Source: Nanobdellota archaeon
GTDB lineage: Archaea; Nanobdellota; Nanobdellia; Pacearchaeales; GW2011-AR1
Length of the DNA: 64,000 nucleotides
Reading direction: 5' to 3'
Assembly: GCA_038045705.1 (NCBI GenBank)
Contig: JBBSXO010000003.1
Span: forward strand, 1 to 64,000
The notes under the pieces were generated by a model. That model made no database searches. It was not told where the DNA came from and saw only the letters and a list, made by a program, of their open reading frames with translations. Position numbers and translations under genes: made by a program. Of this stretch, positions 59,260 through 64,000 are shown piece by piece (position 1 is the stretch's first letter; every line of letters starts with the position of its first letter).

Positions 59260-59946
59260 ATGAAGAAAACTATAGTTCTAAGCTTAGGTGGGAGCCTAAT
59301 AGTACCAGAAAAAATAGACCCAATATGGTTAGATAAATTTAGGTCACTGATCATAAAGTCAAGAGATAAATACAAATTTATAATTGTCTGCGGCGGCGGA
59401 TTTGTAGCAAGAGAATATATCACAATTCTTGAGAAAGAGCATAAAAGCAAAAAGCAACAGTCTCTAGCAGGAATAGCCGTTACAAGAATGAATGCAAGAA
59501 TAATGATGCAACTTTTTGGAGATTGTGCTAACAAAGAGCTACCATTAAAGATGAATCAAATAAAGAATCTTTTAGTAAAAAATGATATAATTTTTTGTGG
59601 AGCCTTAAGATACGCACCAAATCAAACATCTGATAGTACTGCTGCAAAACTAGCAAATTACTTAAAAACAGAGTTCATAAACATAACAAATGTTTCAGGA
59701 CTATATGATAAAAACCCTATGAAATATAAAAATGCAAAATTCATAGCTAATATCTCTTGGAAAGATTTTGAGAAAAGAGCAATATCAATGAAATACAAAC
59801 CAGGACAGCATTTTGTTCTTGACCAGAAAGCTGCAAAAGTAATAAAAAAGAATAAAATAACAACATACATAATAGGAAAAGACATTGAAAATCTTGAAAA
59901 TCTTCTAAAAGATAAAAGATTTATGGGAACCACAATAACAGGTTAA
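59260..59946 (+). CDS. pyrH: Uridylate kinase
   Basis: LSLGGS, VCGGG..AR.YI, GI..TR.NA, TSDSTAA, TNV.GLY.KNP, PGQHFVLD. Confidence 0.93.
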   Translation: MKKTIVLSLGGSLIVPEKIDPIWLDKFRSLIIKSRDKYKFIIVCGGGFVAREYITILEKEHKSKKQQSLAGIAVTRMNARIMMQLFGDCANKELPLKMNQIKNLLVKNDIIFCGALRYAPNQTSDSTAAKLANYLKTEFINITNVSGLYDKNPMKYKNAKFIANISWKDFEKRAISMKYKPGQHFVLDQKAAKVIKKNKITTYIIGKDIENLENLLKDKRFMGTTITG

Positions 59947-59948
59947 AA

Positions 59949-60377
59949 ATGATAAATAATGAAAATATAGAAGAAGTAAAAAGACTATTAAAAAATAAAA
60001 AGGAAAATATAATAGTTGCGAAAGAAGATGAGTTTAATAGAAAAATCTTAGAACATGGAAATTTTAAAATTATTTTATCAATAGAAAAGGGAAACAGAAA
60101 AAACAATATAAGACAAACAAATAGTGGACTAAATCATATCTTAGCAAAAATAGCCAGCAAAAATAAAATAGCAATGGGTATAGATCTTAATGAAATAAAA
60201 TATCTAGAACCAAAACAAAAAGCAGAAAGGTTGTCTAAAATAATTCAAAATATAAAAATATGCAGGAAATCCAATACAAAAATAGCGATTAAAACACAAA
60301 GTTTAGAAAAAGCAAGAGACTTAGTCATAGGCTTAGGAGCATCAACATCGCAGTCTAAAGAAGCAATAGTTTTTTAA
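59949..60377 (+). CDS. rnp3: RNase P protein p30 (short form)
   Basis: DEFNRKILE, SGLNHILAKIASKNKIAMGIDL, QNIKICRK. Confidence 0.75.
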   Translation: MINNENIEEVKRLLKNKKENIIVAKEDEFNRKILEHGNFKIILSIEKGNRKNNIRQTNSGLNHILAKIASKNKIAMGIDLNEIKYLEPKQKAERLSKIIQNIKICRKSNTKIAIKTQSLEKARDLVIGLGASTSQSKEAIVF

Positions 60378-60399
60378 GACTATTATATAATAAAAACAT

Positions 60400-61899
60400 A
60401 TGAACAAATTAATAGATTCCTTATCTCAAATTGAAAGGACAATAATTCCTTATTTAAATAACCCTTTAGATGAAATAGTTAAAAAATCAGGTTTAGACAA
60501 AACAACTGTTTTAAGAGCATTAGGCTTTCTGGAAAGTAAAGGGTTCTTAAAGATAGAACGAAAGAGCAAGAAAATTGTAGACTTAGCAGTTAATGGAATC
60601 CATTATAAAAAGAACCATCTTCCTGAAAGAAAGTTGATTATTCAAATAGAAGAAAATAACAATAAAGACTTAAATGAAATAAAAAGTCTATCAAAATTAT
60701 CTGAAAATGAATTTAGAGCTGCTCTAGGAAATTTAAAGAAAAAAGCATTAATATCTCTCGAAAATGGAAAGTTAAAGATATCAGCATCTAAAGAAGAATG
60801 CTCAAGAAGATTTCAAGAAGAAATATTTTTAGAGAAATTACCGATCAATTTAGAAAATATTTCAGAACAGGATAAATCTGCATTAGAATCCTTAAAAAAT
60901 AGAAAAAACATAATAGAAATTATAGAAAAAAAAGATATATCTTTTAGTCTAACTGAATCTGGAAAAGAAATAGCAGGCAAAAAGATAAGTCTTGACTTAA
61001 TAGAAGAAGTAACTCCAGAATTAATAAAAACAGGAGTTGGAAATAAAAAATTTAGACGTTATGATTTTAATATAAAGATGCCATCTATATATGGCGGTAA
61101 AAAACATTTTGTCAATCAATCTATAGAGCAAGGAAAAAAAATATGGTTAGAGTTAGGTTTCAAAGAAATGAATGGAGATTATACTATAAATGGTTTTTGG
61201 AATTTTGATGCTTTATTTACTCCACAAGACCATCCAGTAAGAGAGATGCAAGATACATTTTTTATTAAAGGAGTTGAAGGAAAACTTCCAAACGAGAAGC
61301 TAGTATCTTCAGTTAAAAAAGCTCATGAAGAAGGCATAGATAACAGCAAGGGATGGAACTATAAATGGAATGAAAATGAAAGCAAAAAAGTTATGTTAAG
61401 GACACACACAACATGTTTATCTTCTAAAAAGTTATCAAATTTAAAAAAAGAGAATCTTCCAATAAAATTCTTCTCAGTAAATAAAGTTTTCAGAAACGAA
61501 ACACTAGATTGGAAACATGGGTTTGAATTCAATCAGGCAGAAGGAATAGTTATTGATCAAAACGCTAATTTCAGAAATTTAATAGGTTATCTAAAAGAAT
61601 TTGCAAAAAAGATGGGTTATGAAAAGATTAGAATTCAACCAAGTTATTTCCCCTATACAGAACCAAGTTTAGAAGGATCAATATGGAATAATGAAAGAAA
61701 AGAATGGGTAGAAGTTTTAGCTGCGGGAATATTCAGACCAGAAGTAACTGTTCCTCTTTTAGGCACGGCAATACCAGTACTAGCATGGGGCCCGGGTTTT
61801 GACAGATTAATGACTGAAGCTCATAAAATAAAAGATCTAAGGGAGTTATATAAAAACGATATAAATTATCTTAGAAACCATAACATCTTAATAAAATGA
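60400..61899 (+). CDS. pheS: Phenylalanine--tRNA ligase alpha subunit
   Basis: FWNFDALFTPQDHPVREMQDTF, LRTHTT, FRNET.D..H..EF.Q, YFPYTEPS. Confidence 0.97.
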   Translation: MNKLIDSLSQIERTIIPYLNNPLDEIVKKSGLDKTTVLRALGFLESKGFLKIERKSKKIVDLAVNGIHYKKNHLPERKLIIQIEENNNKDLNEIKSLSKLSENEFRAALGNLKKKALISLENGKLKISASKEECSRRFQEEIFLEKLPINLENISEQDKSALESLKNRKNIIEIIEKKDISFSLTESGKEIAGKKISLDLIEEVTPELIKTGVGNKKFRRYDFNIKMPSIYGGKKHFVNQSIEQGKKIWLELGFKEMNGDYTINGFWNFDALFTPQDHPVREMQDTFFIKGVEGKLPNEKLVSSVKKAHEEGIDNSKGWNYKWNENESKKVMLRTHTTCLSSKKLSNLKKENLPIKFFSVNKVFRNETLDWKHGFEFNQAEGIVIDQNANFRNLIGYLKEFAKKMGYEKIRIQPSYFPYTEPSLEGSIWNNERKEWVEVLAAGIFRPEVTVPLLGTAIPVLAWGPGFDRLMTEAHKIKDLRELYKNDINYLRNHNILIK

Positions 61900-63524
61900 C
61901 AAATATAATATTTTCAAGAAAAGAGTTTGAAAAACACATAAAGATTACTCCAGAAATACAAGAAAAAATAACTATGTTTGGAACACCACTTGAGAATATA
62001 AATGAAGAGGAGATAGAAATAGAAGTTTTGGCAAACAGACCAGATTTAATATCTCTTGATGGTTTTATTAGGTCTTTTAAAAGATTTTTAGGTAAGGAGT
62101 TTGGAATAAAAGAATATCTTATAAAAAAACCAGAGAGTAATTTCAAAGTTTATGTAGATAAATCTACAAAGGAAATAAGACCTTACGTATCTTGTGCAAT
62201 CATAAAGAAAATAAATTTCAACGAAGTTAAATTAAGAGATTTAATAAATTTGCAGGAAAAATTAGCTACAACATTAGGAAGAAATAGAAAAAAAGCAGGG
62301 ATCGGTATATATCCATTAGATAAAATAAATTTTCCATTAAAATATGAAGCTAGAGATCCAAAAGAAATAATTTTTAGACCTTTAGGGTATGATAAAGAAA
62401 TTAATGCTAAAGATATTTTAATAATGCACCCAACAGGTAGAAAATATGAGCATCTCTTAAAAGAAAGTAAAAAATATCCTATATTTATAGATTCAAAAAA
62501 GAACATTATTTCAATGCCCCCTATAATAAACTCTGAAGATTCTGGCAAAATAGATGTAAAAACAAAAGATCTGTTTATAGAATGCACTGGATTTGATAAA
62601 AATATAGTTGAAAAAACATTAACAATAATAGCAACATCTTTAGCTGAAGCAGGAGGAATTATCCATCAAGTAGAAATAATAGGTGAAGATAACGGCATCT
62701 TTCCAAAATTAGAAAAACAAAAAACAAAAATATCAATAAATAATGTCAACAAACTATTAGGTATAAATTTAAACGAAAATCAGATGCAAAAACTAATTGA
62801 AAAAATGGGTCATAATTATAAAAAAGGCATAGTTGAAAGCCCTTCATGGAGAGTAGATATCTTACATGAAGTAGATATCATAGAAGATATAGCTATAGCT
62901 TATGGTTATGAAAATTTAGTTCCTGAAATGCCTAATATTTCAACGTCAGGAGAAGAATCTAAAGAAAGCATAGTAAAGAGAAAATTGTCTGAGATTTTAT
63001 TAGGTCTAAACATGTTAGAAATATCAACATATCATCTAATAAAACCACAAGAAGTCGAAGATTATAACCTAAAAGAGTCACTTGAACTTTTAGATTCTAA
63101 GAATGAGTACAAATATCTTAGACCAAACCTTCTTGTTCCAATGTTGAGAATATTATCTGAAAATAAAGATTCAGAATATCCTCAAAAACTTTTTGAAATA
63201 GGCAGAATATTTAACAAAAACATCCAAAAAGAAAATGGAATAGAAGAAAGGGATAATCTGATACTAAGCATAATTCCTGCCAATGCAACAGAAATAAAGA
63301 AACATATAGATTATCTATTTAAAATGTTAAATCTAGATTACCAAATAAAAGAGTTAATAAAACCAGAGTTAATAGAAGGAAGAGCATGTTCTATCATATT
63401 AAACAATAATCACATAGGCTACTTTGGAGAGATCCACCCAAACATACTAAGAAGTCAAGGAATCAACATGCCTTTAGCCGTAGCGGAGATATCTTTAGAA
63501 GAAATTTATGACTTAATTAATTAA
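61896..63524 (+). CDS. pheT: Phenylalanine--tRNA ligase beta subunit
   Basis: NRPDL, QEKL..TLGRNRKK, SMPPIINS, RVDILHEVDIIEDIAIAYGY, GEIHP. Confidence 0.96.
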   Translation: MTNIIFSRKEFEKHIKITPEIQEKITMFGTPLENINEEEIEIEVLANRPDLISLDGFIRSFKRFLGKEFGIKEYLIKKPESNFKVYVDKSTKEIRPYVSCAIIKKINFNEVKLRDLINLQEKLATTLGRNRKKAGIGIYPLDKINFPLKYEARDPKEIIFRPLGYDKEINAKDILIMHPTGRKYEHLLKESKKYPIFIDSKKNIISMPPIINSEDSGKIDVKTKDLFIECTGFDKNIVEKTLTIIATSLAEAGGIIHQVEIIGEDNGIFPKLEKQKTKISINNVNKLLGINLNENQMQKLIEKMGHNYKKGIVESPSWRVDILHEVDIIEDIAIAYGYENLVPEMPNISTSGEESKESIVKRKLSEILLGLNMLEISTYHLIKPQEVEDYNLKESLELLDSKNEYKYLRPNLLVPMLRILSENKDSEYPQKLFEIGRIFNKNIQKENGIEERDNLILSIIPANATEIKKHIDYLFKMLNLDYQIKELIKPELIEGRACSIILNNNHIGYFGEIHPNILRSQGINMPLAVAEISLEEIYDLIN

Positions 63525-63996
63525 AATAATCCCTACTTATTTTATTTGGACTAGGAGTTTTCCTCTTTAAATTTTTCTCAAGAATTTTTATAATAGAAAG
63601 AACCTCATCTTTCTTTTTATTCCAAACATCAAATATCTTAGTTATTAATTTAGATTCATCATTTTCAGTAGAATGGACATCAAGCACATGAGATGCAATT
63701 TCTATTTCAACAAAAGAATTCAAAACAGAATCAATAATCTTTCTATCATCAGAACTTATTTCTTTAAGCAACATAAGTAATATGGGCGAAGCCTGTGAAG
63801 GGTTAATCATTACTTCAACTAACTTTAAATAATAAACAAATTTCTCAACCATGGTCCTTCTTATATCTCTAAGTAAATTACCCGAATCCCTTCTAATCCT
63901 GCCAATATCAAATGCGGAGTTCATTTCATCAAAAGCAGGAAGATCATACTTTTTCTGCAATAAAAGATATTTCTGTCTAAAGTCCTCAAGTTTCAT
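63517..63996 (-). CDS. Hypothetical protein
   Basis: 159-aa helical ORF (Y..LQKKY.LP.F), ends DYFN. Confidence 0.7.
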   Translation of the reverse strand: MKLEDFRQKYLLLQKKYDLPAFDEMNSAFDIGRIRRDSGNLLRDIRRTMVEKFVYYLKLVEVMINPSQASPILLMLLKEISSDDRKIIDSVLNSFVEIEIASHVLDVHSTENDESKLITKIFDVWNKKKDEVLSIIKILEKNLKRKTPSPNKISRDYFN

Positions 63997-64000
63997 AAAA

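Noticed and set aside
392-62587. Many short antisense or alternate-frame ORFs in the track (e.g. 392-586, 9386-9787, 14668-15024, 22416-22874, 59127-59534, 62183-62587)
   Set aside because: They shadow well-supported genes and have no motifs or independent start signals
1-64000. rRNA, SRP RNA, RNase P RNA or genetic-code reassignment
   Set aside because: No long GC-rich structured region or signature motif seen; conserved genes translate full length with the standard code

Overview
AT-rich, gene-dense chromosomal segment of a small-genome DPANN archaeon, most like Pacearchaeota/Woesearchaeota (inferred from archaeal-type translation and transcription genes, BHB tRNA introns, a bacterial-type gyrase and the surface-protein motifs). 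Housekeeping genes: infB/aIF5B, rps6e, eIF2-gamma, rpl7ae-rps28e-rpl24e, kae1, ychF, hisS, scpA, PIN-rpoE'-spt4-rps24e-rps27ae, pyrH, rnp3, pheS-pheT, gyrB/gyrA, a UvrD-nuclease fusion and four tRNAs (Ile-UAU with intron, Glu-UUC, His-GUG, Trp-CCA with intron). Accessory content: a copper-export cluster with a 22-bp palindrome and a membrane-anchored wHTH regulator, two toxin-antitoxin pairs (one inside a decayed islet integrated at tRNA-Glu), and several large secreted proteins. Best candidates for new biology: (1) a ~12-kb cluster (27988-40112) that looks like an undescribed donor-strand / WxL-like surface-fibre system, (2) a free-standing LAGLIDADG endonuclease that begins with a copy of the GyrB N-terminal arm and overlaps the gyrB start, (3) an intron-containing tRNA-Ile(UAU), (4) a putative one-component transmembrane copper sensor. 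All calls come from reading motifs by eye; no database searches were run.
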